In this document: positions 1 to 14,100 of the stretch, in pieces
Numbering within the stretch: the first letter of the stretch is position 1
Layout: every line of letters starts with the position of its first letter
NCBI GenBank assembly: GCA_038087875.1
Contig: CM075985.1
Span: 36,270,001-36,334,000, forward strand
Direction: 5' to 3'
From: Malacoraja senta
Taxonomy: Eukaryota
Length of the DNA stretch: 64,000 bases
The notes under the pieces: generated by a model
The model's input: the letters and a program-made list of their open reading frames with translations, nothing else
Database searches by the model: none
Told to the model about the DNA's origin: nothing
Translations under genes and position numbers: made by a program

Positions 1-248
1 TAGTGAAAGGCCTGGATAGAGTGGATGTGAAGAGGATGTTTCCACTAGTGGGAGAGTCTAGGACCAGAGGTCATATCCTCAGCATTAAAGGATGTTCCTT
101 TAGAAAGGAGATGAGGAGGAATCTCTTTAGACAGAGGGTGGTGAATCTGTGGAATTCTTTGCCACAGAAGGCTGTGGAGGCCGTGTAAGAATATTTTTAA
201 GGCGCAGGTTGACAGAATCTTGATTAGTGCCGGTGAATGGGGTTATTG

Positions 249-1374
249 TCCCCCCTGGCATATGGGGTTCCACAGGGCTCAATTTTAGGGCCCCTGCTCT
301 TCTCTCTATACCTACTTCCTCTGGGCTCAATTTTAAGAAGGCATGGCATCTCCTTTCACTTTTACGCAGATGATAGCCAGTTATATATGCCACTCAGGAA
401 GGAAGACGACTATTCTCTAAAATCACTTCTGTCTTGTCTTGAGGACATTAAGTCCTGGATGGCCTTAAACTTTCTGGGACTTAATGAAAAAAAGACAGAG
501 GTGATTTTGTTTGGCCCCAATGGCTGCCGTGAACCTCCCTTTGTTGACTTGGGTCCACTGGCATTGTCCGTAAAGCCAACAGTTTTAAACCTGGGTTTTA
601 GGATGGACGGTGATTTTAAACTAGATAAACAAATAGGCGCGGTGGTTAAGTCCAGCTTCTTTCACCTAAGGAAGCTGGCAAAGGTGAAGCCCATTCTCGA
701 GCGGCAGCATTTTGAAACAGTAATCCATGCCTTTATTACATCTAGGCTGGATTACTGTAACGCACTCTACTCTGGAGTCGCACGAGCTTCATTGGCTCGT
801 CTCCAGCTGGTCCAAAATGCTGCCGCTCGCCTTTTAACCGGAACTCAAAAGAGGGAGCACATTACGCCAATTTTGGCCTCCCTTCACTGGCTCCCAGTGC
901 ACTTTCGAGTTCATTTTAAAATTCTTTTATTTGTTTTTAAATCTTTGAATGGGCTCGCCCCGCCTTACCTCTCTGAGCTGCTCCACCTATATGCTCCTGC
1001 CTGGTGCCTCAGGTCAGCTGATCAGCTGCTCCTGGAGGTACCGAGGTCTAAGCGGAAGCTCAGAGGGGATAGAGCCTTCTCTGTTGCTGCTCCGGCACTC
1101 TGGAACACCTTGCCGTTGCACATCAGACAGGCCCCCTCACTGTCCATCTTCAAATCCACCTTAAAAACTCACTTTTATTCTCTGGCTGAGACATTGCTCC
1201 TGTTTTTAGGGCTTTTAATGTCTTTTAATTTTTACTGTTTTATAGTCCTTCGTTTTACGGTTTTTAATGGTTTGTAATAACTTCTTGTCCATGAGTTCTC
1301 ATGTACAGCACTTTGTGGCAACTGCAGTTGTATAAAGTGCTTTATAAATAAAGTTATTATAGTTATTATTATTG
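249..1374 (+). mobile_element. 5'-truncated L2-clade LINE (RT C-terminal part, intact ORF) nested in a CR1 3' end
   Basis: ORF 237-1277 with GVPQGSILGPLLF, YADD, SRLDYCN, QNAAAR, LHWLP; AATAAA plus (TTA)n tail; CR1 tail sequence continues on both sides. Confidence 0.9.
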
Positions 1375-2047
1375 GGGGAAGGAAGGAGAATGGGGTTGAG
1401 AAGGAAAGATAGATCAGCCTTGATTGAATGGCGGGGTAGGCTTGATGGGCCGAATGGCCTAATGCTACTCCTATAACTTGAACTATCAGTTGATTTAATT
1501 TAAGGAATAGATGTACAAAAGGGATTGGATCAATCATCTTCATATCATTAAAAATATCAGCAATAGTTGCTTTTGAGGTGATGGATTCGAATGGAGCAGA
1601 GATGGGAATGGGGCTCACACCTATGGAGGTAGACAGAGTACAATCTTCTCGGAGGTGGTTTGGGAGGAAGTGTGGAGGGCTGCTCTCCTTAACGAAGATT
1701 AACGCGACTGAAGCATTGATGTTCGTCATTACAACTTGAGCCGAATGACAATAGACAACAGACAATAGGTGCAGGAGTAGGCCATTTGGCCCTTCGAGCC
1801 AATGTGATCATGGCTGATCATCCCCAATCAGTACCCCATTCCTGCCTTCTCCCCATATCCCCTGACTCCGCTGTCTTTAAGAGCCCTATCTAGCTCTCTC
1901 TTGAAAATATCCAGTGAACCGGCCTCCACCGCCCTCTGAGGCAGAGAATTCCTCAGACTCACAACTCTCTGTGTGAAAAAGTGTTTCCTCATCTCCGTTC
2001 TAAATGTCTTACCCCTGATTTTTCTATGTTCTAATGTTCTAACTTAC

Positions 2048-2156
2048 TTCACCAGTGAGCGGACGAGTTGGTAGACTCTCTCCAAAGGTTGTGTTGAGTG
2101 TAGGGGACGGACAAACTCAAGACCTTGACAGGCTGCGAGGAGTTCGATAGCAAGCA
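2048..2156 (-). CDS. HAL: HAL exon 19 equivalent (109 nt)
   Basis: (V)[35 protein letters not shown]. Confidence 0.96.
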
Positions 2157-5100
2157 CTGCAAGAAAAGATTTCCCGCATGAACCATTCAACCATCAGTCC
2201 AACTAGCCTGATCTGATGTGTTGGAATTGAACTGCAGATGCTGGTTTACACCGAAGCTGGACACAAAATGCTAGAGTAACTCTTCAGACTGAAGAAGGAT
2301 CTTGACCCGAAACGTCACCCATTCCTTCTCCCCAGAGCTGCTGCCCGTCCCGTTAAGTTACTCTAGCATTTTGTGTCTCGCCTGATCTGATAACCATCAA
2401 CAAAACCTGACATTACGATAAAAATCAATCAAAAATGCAGACGCTGGACATATGAAATAAAAAATATGAAGTAAACGGTGGAAAAGCTCATTGGTATGAA
2501 GAGAAACAGTTCACATTTCACATCCGAGACAGTTTCTCTCTCCGTCGATGCTGCCTGACCTGTTGCGTTTTTCTATCATATTCTGTTTTTATTGCTGCCG
2601 TTCATACGTACGTCCACCAAATAGTGTGGGGTAGGGTTAATTTAAGAATTTGGATCTCATTAGAATTACAGCAAGTAACTTGAACCGAGTGTAAGTTGAC
2701 AAGAGGCGGTGCATTAATTGGCTCAGTGGGATCGTCCTCTTTCCTGCAGCGGGTGATCTCTCCGTACCTTGTTCGACGTGCTCGATGACCCTCAGTGCTT
2801 TCCTGGCAGCCCATCCGCCCATGGAGACGTGGTCCTCCGTAGCAGCGCTGGTGGACAGCGAGTCCACTGATGACGGGTGGCACAGACCCTTGTTCTCAGA
2901 CACTGGAGATACAATGCGTTGTCACTGGGTTACTGGAATTCTCATCACTTTATTTCACGTGTATTTGTGTGAGGGAGTGCAGCCTAGGTTCACCAGGTTA
3001 ATTCCCGGGATGGCGGGACTGTCATATGATGAAAGAATGGATCGACTGGGGTTATTCACAGGGTTATTGACTGGGATTATACACAAACCTACACACACTT
3101 GGGACAATTTTATACAGCTTACCAAAGGCAATTAACCCACAAACCTGTATGTCTTTGGAGTGTGGGAGGAAACTGGAGCCCCCGCATTTAATGTTGATAT
3201 TAAATATCAATGGATATTTTTTAAGGCAGAGATTGATAGATTCTTGATTAGTACGGGTGTCAGGGGTAATGGGGAGAATGGGGTTAAGAGGGAAAGATCA
3301 GCCATGATTAAATGTCGGAGTTAATTAATTAATTCTGCTCCTATCACTTATGAACATGAACGTATGACATGTTTAATGTTGACATGTCTCCACTGAAGAA
3401 GAGTTGGCACCTAATGCAGCAGCAGTGCAGTGCGCCACCATGAAGCCACAGTTCAGGCCACCCTCTTTGACCAGGAAGGCAGGCAGTTCACTCAGGGACG
3501 GGTTACACAGCCTCTCGATGCGCCTCTCGCTGATGGAAGCCAGCTCGTGAATGCCGATCGCCAGGTAGTCGAGAGCCTGCAGGTAATTCAAGGTGACAAG
3601 CTGCAGGAGTCAGTCTGCCCACAGTGGACCTGCACATAATTATTCTACAGCAATGTCCGAGGCAACCTCTTCAGACGATTAGATCAAACCCCCCAAAACG
3701 GCAGGTTAGAAATTACACTGAGGTTTATAAGGAAGTGCTTTAGTGGATACTCATGCCACCAGATATCACAACAATGCTTCATCCAAGTCCGACCCACCTG
3801 AAGCCCTTTGCAAAGACCCAGCTCCAAATACCACACATCTGTGAAAGGCAGAATCCTTTACAGCTCCCCTTCTCGAGATCTCGGCAGCCTTTCTGACAGG
3901 TAATACAGTCATAGAGTGATACAGCATGGAAACAGGCCCTTTAGCCCAACTTGCCCACACCGACCAACATGTCCCATCTACACTAGTCCCACCTGCCTGC
4001 GTTTGGCCCATATCCTTCTAAACTTGTCCTATCCATGTACCTGTCTAAATGTTTCTTAAACGTTTCAATAGTACCTGCCTCTTCTGGCAGCTTGTTCCAT
4101 ACACCCACCATACTTTGTGTAAAGAATCTTATCGCCTATCAGTTCCTATTAAATCTTTCACCCTTCACCTTAAATCTGTGTCCTCTAGTGCAAGAGTCTC
4201 TGTGCATCTACCCAATCTATTCCTCTCATGATTTTGTACACCTCTATAAGATCACCCCTCATCCACCTGCGCTGCAAGGAATGGAGTCCTAGCCCGCTGA
4301 ACCTCTCCCTATAGCTCAGGCCCTCGAGTCCTGGCAACATCCTCGTAAGTTTTCTCTGCACCCTTTCCAGCTTGACAACAGGTATTATCTGAAGAAGGGG
4401 TTCGACCCGAAATGTTACCTATTTCCTTCGCTCCATAGATGCTGCTGCACCCGCTGAGTTTCTCCAGCATTTTTGTGTACCAGGTATTATTTGACATTGG
4501 GTACCGCACATTATACAGGCCTGGTGCCTGCAAGATCCTTCAAATGCCATTGCATCTTGATGGACAAATTCAAATATTCCACTTTACCAAATCTTAAAAT
4601 CTTGCAGGGTATTCTTTTATGTTATAGAATCATAGACAGATGCAGCACTAACACAGGCTCTTTGGCCCATCAACTTTGCACCAAACATCTGGCATTCACT
4701 GTGGTCAGATGCCTGCTCCACTTTCTTCTTGCTGTAGTCAGTATCTACACTGAGAAGACACCAGCTGGATGCTTCAGTAACATGTGACGTGGTTTTTCAT
4801 TACTAAGGCGATAAGATTATGAATGAATGAATGAATAGGTTTATTGGCCAAGTATTCACATACAAGGAATTTGCCTTGGTGCTCCGCCCGCAAGTGGCAA
4901 CATGACGTACAGTGACAGTTAGGAATGACACAAAACATTAAACATTATCAGAAACAGTTGCTGGAGAAGGCCATTTGGCCTCTCCCACCTCAGACGTCAT
5001 TCAATAAGATTATGGCATTGCAGGAAGATGTGGAGGCTTTGGAGAGGGTGCAGAGGAGGTTTACCAGAATGCTGCCCGGATCAGAGGCTTTCAGCTACAG

Positions 5101-8100
5101 GGAGAGGTTGGATAGACTTGGATTGTTTTCTCTGGAACACGAGAGGTCCAGGGGGAGACTGGATAGAAGTATATATAATTATGAGAGAAAGATAAGGTAG
5201 ATGGCCAGAACCTTTTTCCCCAGGGTGTAAATGTCCAACACTAAAGGGCAGAGCTATACGGTGAGAGGGGGATAGTTTAATGAGATGTGCGGGGCTAGAT
5301 TGTGGCACAGAGGGCGGTCTTGGCCTGGAACGTATTGCCAGGGGTGGTGGTGGAGGCAGATACGATAGTGGTGTTTAAATAGGCAGATGGAAGCGCAGGG
5401 AATGGAGAGATTTGGATCATGTGCAGGCAGATGAGATCAGTTCAGCTTGGCATCATGGTCGGCGCAAACATTGTGGTTCCTGTGCTGTACTGTTCTATAT
5501 TCTATGGGTCTCTGGTAACAAATTACAGAGATTCATTCAACATTGATGAAGTTATTTCTTCTCACCTCTGCCATAAATGGCAGGCCCCACATTTGAGGCC
5601 CTAAACCCCAGTTCAAGACATGCCTGCCACTGGAAACTACCCAAGCATATGCCCTGTCAAGTAATTATTATTATGTTTCAATAAAATCACCCTCATTCAT
5701 CTGGACCCTAGAGAGTGAAGACCTCATCTGTTTAATCTCTATTCAGGACAATCCCCTTTCCCAGGAATCAACTAGGAATCTCTGTTTAGTTTGGTTTAGT
5801 TTAGATTAGAGATATAGCGTGGAGACTGCCCTTTGGCCCACTTAGTCCACGCCGACTGGCGATCACATTAACATTATCCTGCACACATGAGGGACAATTT
5901 ACAATTTTACTAAGCCAATTAGTCTAGACACCGGTACGCCTTTTGAGTGTGGGAGGAAACTAGAACACCCGGTGAAAACCCACACAGGTCTCGGGGAGAA
6001 CGTACAAACTCTAAACACACAGCATCCGTAGTTAGAATTGAACCCAGGTCTCTGGCGCTGTAAGGCAGCAACTCTACCACTGCGCCACCGTGCCACCCAC
6101 CTGCTGTGTAGGAAGGAACTACAAATGCTGTTTTATACTGAAGATAGACACATCAGGCAACATCACTGGAGAAAAGGAATAGGTGACGTTTTGGGTCAGG
6201 ACCCTTCTTAGACCAGGAATCTCTGTTATTTCACGTAATTCCTTGGTTATGGGGAGAAGGCAGAATGGGGTTAGGAGGGAAAGATAGATCAGCCATGAAC
6301 TGAATGGCGGAGTAGACTTGATGGGCTGAATAGCCTAATTCTACTCCTATCACATGATCTTATGATAAGTAGGTTTCCTCATGAAGTAGGGAGTCCATAC
6401 CTGTACAGAATATTTCAAACGACATCTCACCAGCACATCTATACCCTGCATCATCCTATTGGCGATTTTACTTCGAATTTCTTAGAAACAAATCATGAAA
6501 CAAATGATTAGCAAACTCATCACTTACTTTAGCAGGATATTCGCCATGGAAGTTTCCACCAGAAATAATCTCCCCTCTCTCTGCAAATACAATCTGGAAA
6601 CTGATTAAGAAATAAAATTGTTCGTATTTTAAAGGATGCAAACAGATTCGCATTGAAACTAAAGCTGGAAGAACACGGCAACATTCAAACAAATCTGGAG
6701 CACTGACTTTTATTCAAACCTGGTAGATTACAAATTAGTTGGTGGGAATAGATTGGGTAAACACACAGTCTCTTGCCCAGATTAGGGAAATCGAGAACTA
6801 GAGAGAGGTAGGTTTAAGGTGAGGGGTGAAAGATGTAAGAGGGAACCTGAGGGTAACTTTCTTTACACAAAATATGGTGAGTGTATGGTATGAACTACTG
6901 GAGGAATTAGATGAAGCAGGGACTATTGCAATGTTTAAGAGACACTATACTAAGTGGGACCCTTTGGGTCCCAGTCACACGGGAGGCCTAGTCCCCCAAC
7001 GCAACCCGTTCCCCAACGCAATATTCCACCACTCTCCCATAGCCCCCAACTGCGCAGGCGCGGCTCATTTCCCCTCATCCCCCAGCATTTTCTCCCTCCT
7101 CTTCATGTGCAGGAGGGGGGGAGGGATGTGTGCGGTATGTAGGCGGGAAGGGGGTGTGTGTGTGTGTGGGCGGGGGGTATGTGTGGGGGTGTGTGGGTGG
7201 GGGGGTTGTGGAGAGATGGGTGTGTGGGTGGGGGGGGTGTGTGGGGGGAGGGGTGTGTGTGGGCAGGGGGGGGGTGGGGTTGTGGGGGGGAGGGGTGTGT
7301 GTGGGCAGGGTGGGGAGAGAGCTGGTATCACGGGGGAGGGGGGCAGGAGCCAGTGAGGGGGATCAGAGGGGAAGGGGGCTGGAGCTGTGTGTTCGATGGG
7401 GACTCACAGCGGGCGCTGGTCACTGGTCATTCTCCTCTGCCGGGATCAGAGTCTCCGCTTTCCATTCCCATCACCGACTCCGCACCGGGCTGGGCCGGGC
7501 CACTTCCGGTCCCTCCGAAATTGTGTCCGGTTGGAGACCTCCGCCGGCCGTCCAGAGCGTCCCTCAGCTCCAGTAAAGACGCGATGGCGCAGGAAGGGGC
7601 GGACCGTCCCGCGGAGTGACAGAAGAGACTAATCCGCGTGGCGCTGACTGGCAGGAGAGGAGATCGATTTGTGCACGCGCTGTTTTTAAGATTTTTAAAC
7701 CTCTCTAAGTTTTACAATAGACCACCGATCGGAACAAAACTTGGTGCACTCGCAGCACAAGAGAACGGTGAATGAGTTGGCAATGGAGCGGGTCTCGACC
7801 CGAATCTCCCTCTCCCCTGACAACAGTCTGAAGAAGGGTCTCGACCCGAAACTTCACCCATTCCTTCTCTCCAGAGATGCTGCCTGTCCCACTGAGTTAC
7901 TCCAGCATTATGTGTCTATCTTCTGTACTGCTGGTTCATAGAAGGATACAGGGTTATCGGTAACACTGTTCATTTCAGTCACCAGAATATTCTTCACAAA
8001 AGCAATCGTGTCGTTTACCACCCCATGCACCTGCAAGAGAGCATTGGCAGGTTAGGAGATGTGTAACACGGAGTCATAGTGTAACACACTGTAGAAACAG

Positions 8101-11100
8101 GCCCTTCGGCCCAACTCTTCCATGCTGACCACATTGCCAAATGTTGTAAATGTACCCCCTGCTGCCACTTCCTCTGGCAGCTCGTTCCATGTATCCACCA
8201 CCCTCTGTGTGAAAAACCTGACCCTCAGAACCCCTTTCAATCTTTCCCACCTCACCTCAAACTTTTCTCTTTGGAGATACAGGGCGGAAACAGGCCCTTT
8301 GCCCACCGAGTCCTTGCTGACCAGTGATCACCTCATACACTAGCACTATGCTTTTCACTTGGGATCATTTTGAATCTTATCAAAGGCAATTAAGTAAACA
8401 ATTAACCTAAAAACCTGTACATCTCTGGAGTGCGGGAGGAAACCGAGCACCCAGGGAAAACCCACATGGTCATGGGGAGAACGTACAGACAGCACCCTTA
8501 GTCAGGATTGAACCCAGGTCTCTGGCGCTGTAAGGCAGCAACTCTACCGCTGCGCCACCGTGCTGCCCCTGTTCCCTGTTCCCCCCATTTTTAGACAGCT
8601 CTACCCTGACAAAAATACTGTGACCATCCATCTTACCTTTGCCTCTCATGGTCATATAAACATCCCTCACCCTCTTTCACAGCAAAGAACATAGAACATA
8701 AGAAGTGCAGCGCAGGAACAGGCCCTTCGGCCCTTCATGTCCATGCCGAACATGATGCCAAACTAAACTAATCTCCCCTGCCTGCACATGATCCATATCC
8801 CTCCATTCCCTGCAGGGAAACAAGGCCAACATATCCAGTTTCTCCTCACACTTCGAGCCTGCCAGTCCCAGCAACAAATCTGTGAGAATAGTTTGAAACA
8901 GGAATAGTCGTGGTGACAAGATCACTGTAGTAATAGTCCACAGATGGCTGTGGAGGCCAAGTCAATGGATCATTTTTAGGCGCGGATTGACAGATTTTTG
9001 ATTAGTACGGGGTTTCAGAGGTTATGGGAAGAAGGCAGGAGAATGGGGTTGAGAGGGAAAGATAGATCAGCCTTGATTGAATGGCGGAGTAGACTTTAGA
9101 CCTTACTTTAGACTTTAGAGACACAGCGTGGAAACATGCACTTCCGCCCCATCGAGCCAATGCCGACCAGCTATCACCCCGTACACTAACACTATCCTAC
9201 ACACACTTGGACAATTTTTCAACTTACCGAAGCCAAATAACCTACAATCCTGTATACCTTTGAAGTGTGGGAGGAAACCGGAGCACCCAGAGAAAACCCG
9301 CGTGGCCAAAGAGAGAATGTACACACTTTGCACGTTGATGGGCCGAATGGCTTAATAGTTCTCCAATAACAGCGACATAGCGGTAGAGTTGCTGCCTTAC
9401 AGCGACAGAGACCCAGGTTTGATCCTAACTATGGGAGCTGTCTGTACGGAGTTTGTACGTTTTCCCCGTGACCGCCTGGGTTTTCTCCGGGATCTCCGGT
9501 TTCCTCCCACACTCCAAAGGTTAATTGGCTTGGTATAAATGTAAATTGTCCCTAGTGTGCGTGTGTCGGATGGTGTGAATATACTAGGATCGCTGGTCGG
9601 TGAGGACTCGGTGGGCCGAAGGGCCTTTTTTCCACGCTGTATCTCTAAACTAAATTAAAAACAAAACTAATAAACTTATGAACTTATGAGTCAATGGACA
9701 TATAAATGGACCTGTGGTACATGGCGCTCGGTGACACTCACCTGCGGACAGCACCGGAGGGTGTAGGCATCCTGAACGCGATCACACAACCTGTGGCTCC
9801 CTGTGAAAGGTCCACAGTTACAAATCAAAGGGAATCTGTTACCTGTACCTTTTTTTTTAACATAAATATTTTCTTGTCATTGGAATGGGTCCAGGGTGCA
9901 GAGTAATTGATACAGCTATAGAAATGTGAAAACGCACACCTCCAGAATCAGTGGCAGTTTCTTCCCAGCTGTTAAGAGGCAACAGAACCATCCTACCACT
10001 AGAGAGCAGTCCTGAACTTCTATCGACCTTATTGGTGACCCTCGGACTATCCTTGATCGGACTTTGCTGGCTTTACCTTGCACTAAACGTTATTCCCTTA
10101 TCATGTATCTATACACTGTAAATGGCTCCATTGTAATCATGTATCGTCTTTGAACTGACTGGATAGCACACAACAAAAGCTTTTCACTGTACTTCAGTAC
10201 ATGTGACAATAAGCTAAACTAATTACTGTCACACAGAAGGTGACTCACCTGCTATCTCAGATGCATGAACGTCGGAGTCCAAGAGCGACCTCAATCGAGC
10301 AGCTACGTCCACCTGTCCTTGGTGTGGTCTCAGCTTGTGGACATCTGTTTAACATATAGGGCCACAGACAAGTCTTAAACTAGACCAACCTTTCTTTCCG
10401 AAGTGAATGGTAGGGCTGTGGGGAGTGTTGTAGAGCAGCGGGATCTAGGAGTGCAGGTACAGTGGCTTGCAAAAGTATTCATACCCCTTGAACTTTTCCA
10501 CATTTTGTCACGTTACAACCACAAACGTAAATGTATTTTATTGGGATTTTATGTGATAGACCAACACAAAGTGGCGCATAATTGTGAAGTGGAAGGAAAA
10601 TGATACATGGTTTTCAAATTTTTTTACAAATAAAAAACTGAAAGTGTCGCGTGCAAACGTATTCAGCCCCCTTTACTCTGATACCCCTAAATAAAATCCA
10701 GTGCAATCAATTGCCTTCAGAAGTCACCTAATTAGTAAATAGAGTCCACGTGTGTAATCTAATCTCAGTATAAATACAGCAGTTCTGTGAAGGCATCAGA
10801 GGTTTGTTAGAGAACATTAGTGAACAAACAGCATCATGAAGCCCAAGGAACACACCAGACAGGTCAGGGATAAAGTTGTGGAGAAGTTTAAAGCAGGGTT
10901 AGGTTATAAAAAAATATCCCAAGCTTTGAACATCATCCATCCATCATCCGAAAATGGAAAGAGTATGGCACAACTGCAAACCTACCAAGACATGGCCGTC
11001 CACCTAAACTGACAGGCCGGGCCCATGATAACTCTGGAGGAGCTGCAGAGATCCACAGCTCAGGTGGGAGAATCTGTCCACAGGACAACTATTAGTCGTG

Positions 11101-14100
11101 CACTCCACAAATCGGGCCTTTATGGAAGAGTGGCAAGAAGAAAGCCATTGTTGAAAAAAAGCCATAAGAAGTCCCGTTTGCAGTTTGCCACAAGCCATGC
11201 GGGGGACACAGCAAACATGTGGAGGAAGGTGCTCTGGTCAGATGAGACCAAAATTGAAGTTTTTGGCCTAAATGCAAAACGCTATGTGTGGCGGAAACCT
11301 AACACTACACATCACCCTGAACACACCATCCCCACTGTGAAACATGGTGGTGGCAGCATCATGCTGTGGGGATGCTTTTCTTCAGCAGGGACAGGGAAGC
11401 TGGTCAGAGTTGATGGGAAGATGGATGGAGCCAAATACAGGGCAATCTTGGAAGAAAACCTGTTAGAGTCTGCAAAAGACTTGAGACTGGGGCGGAGGTT
11501 CACCTTCCAGCAGGACAACGACCCTAAACATACAGCCAGAGCTACAATGGAATGGTTTAGATCAAAGCATATTCATGTGTTAGAATGGCCCAGTCAAAGT
11601 CCAGACCTAAATCCAATTGAGAATCTCTGGCAAGACTTGAAAATTGCTGTTCACAGATGCTCTCCATCCAATCTGACTGAGCTTGAGCTATTTTGCAAAG
11701 AAGAATGGGCAAAAATTTCAGTCTCTAGATGTGCAAAGCTGGTAAAGACATACCCCAAAAGACTTGCAGCTGTAATTGCAGCGAAAGGTGGTTCTACAAA
11801 GTATTGACGCAGGGGGGCTGAATACTTTTGCACGCGACACTTTTCAGTTTTTTATTTGTAAAAAAATTTGAAAACCATGTATCATTTTCCTTCCACTTCA
11901 CAATTATGCGCCACTTTGTGTTGGTCTATCACATAAAATCCCAATAAAATACATTTACGTTTGTGGTTGTAACGTGACAACATGTGGAAAAGTTCAAGGG
12001 GTATGAAAAGTTTTGCAAGCCACTGTATATTGTTCCTCAAAGGTGGTGTCACAGGTAGATAGTGTGGTCAAAAAGGCTTTTGGCACATTGGCCATCATCA
12101 GTCAGAGTATTGAGTATACAATTTGGGAGGTCATGTTGCAGTTGTATAAGACATTGGTGAGGCATCATTTAGAATATTGTGTTCAGTTCTGGGAACCATG
12201 TTACAGGAAAGATGCTGTCAAGCTGGAAAGGGTGCAGAGAAGATTTATAAAGATGTTGCCAGGACTCGAGGGTCCGAGCTATAGGGAGAGTTTGAGTAGG
12301 CTGGGTCTCTATTCCCTGGAGTGCAGATGGGTGATCTTATAAAGGTGTATAAAATCATGGGATGAATAGATCGTGTAGACACACGATGGTCTCTTGCCCA
12401 GAGTAGGGGAATCGAGGACCAGAGGACATAGGTTTAAGGTGAAGGGGATAAGAACGTGAGGGGTAACTTTTTTTACACAAATTATGGTGGGTGTATGGAA
12501 CGAGTGCCGGAGGAGGTAGTTGAGGCATTGACTATCACAACACTTAAGAAGCAATTAGACAGGTACATGGATAGAACAGGTTTAGAGGTAAATGGGTCAA
12601 ACTCAGGCAGGTGGGACTAATGTAGATGGGAATGTTGGCCAGTATGGGAAAGTTGGGCTGAAGGACCTGTTTCTACGCTGTTTGACTCTATAACTCCATA
12701 GGCCTAATGTACCGTGTTGAGTCAAGTAGACCAGCAGCCTAGGGAACAGTGACGAAGAACAGTCCGTGTCCGATTCCACAAGTGCTCTGTGAAATTCAGC
12801 AGCCTGGGGAAAACTGGAGTCGGATGCTGGCATATCTGGCCAACCGGAGTTGCGGCACGGTGGCGCAGCAGTCGAGCTGCCGCCTTAGAGCACCAGAGAC
12901 CCGGGTTTGATCCTGGCTACAGGTGCTTGTTTGTCTGGAGTTTGTATGTTCTCGCTTCTGACTGTGTGGGTTTTCTCTGGGTTCTCCGGTTTCCTCCCAC
13001 ACTCCAATAATGTGCAAGTTTGTAGGTTAATTGGCAAATGTGAATTGTCCCCCAAGTGTGTAGAGTAGCGCTAGTGTGCGGGGTGATCGCTGGTCAGCGC
13101 GGACTCGGTGGACCGAAGGGCCTGTTTCTCTAAAGTCTAAATCTCCTCTCTAGTGATCCATATCCCTCTATTCCCTGCATATCCATGTGCCTAATCTAAA
13201 AGCCTCTTAAACGCCACAAGCATATCGACCTCCACCACCATCCCAGCAGCACGTCCCACGTACGCACCACCCTGTGTAAAAACTAATTGCCCCTTTAAAA
13301 ACAAATCTCCTTTAAACCCCCCCCCCACCCCTCCTTCCTGCCCCTTTGGGCTTAATGATACACCCTAGAACCTTTTCCATCCTGGGAGAAAGGTTCTGAC
13401 CCTCCACCCTATAATTAGGGTATACCCAGATATACCCTAGAATTATAATACTCTTTAATTAATAAATAACCTATTGTAATTTGCTGAGGCTTATAATTAT
13501 GTTTAACATATTCAGTATAGATTCCTTGTGGTGAACACTACCCAGTCCATCATGGGATCTGACCTCCCCATCATCGAATGGATTTACAGGAGTCGCTGCC
13601 CCAAAAAGGCAGGCAGCATCATCAGAGACCCACACCACCCTGGCCACACTCTCATTTCACTCCTGCCGTCAGGAAGAAGATATAAGAGCCTGAAAACTGT
13701 AATGTCCAGCTTCTTCCCTACAGCCATCAGACTATTAAACGCTACAACCTCCAATAAGCTCTCAACTACATAGACTTGGGAGTTGTTTAAGAAGGAACTG
13801 CAGATGCCGGAAAATCGAAGGTAGACAATGCTGGAGAAACGGCCCGAAACGTTGCCAATTTCCTTCGCTCCATAGATGCTGCTGCACCCGCTGAGTTTCT
13901 CCAGCATTTTTGTCTACCATAGACTTGGAAGTATTGGTTTTATCTCTTTGCACTGATTTTGGTTATTTGTCTTTATGTGTGCATATACATATATATATAC
14001 ACACACGTCATATTGCAGCTTTATAAGACATTGCTTTGGATGCATTTGGAGCATTGCGTGCAGTTCTTGGTCGCCCCAATACAGGAAGAATGTGAAAACT

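Noticed and set aside
1232-1765. 177-aa minus-strand ORF as possible final HAL exons
   Set aside because: It has no similarity to the expected PWxKDRFMAPDI C-terminal exon, and both ends run through repeats; the last exons probably lie left of the window.
6826-7632. Gly/Val/Cys-rich and Pro/His/Thr-rich ORFs resembling keratin-associated proteins or extensins
   Set aside because: They are translations of a G/GT simple-sequence tract inside a mobile element.
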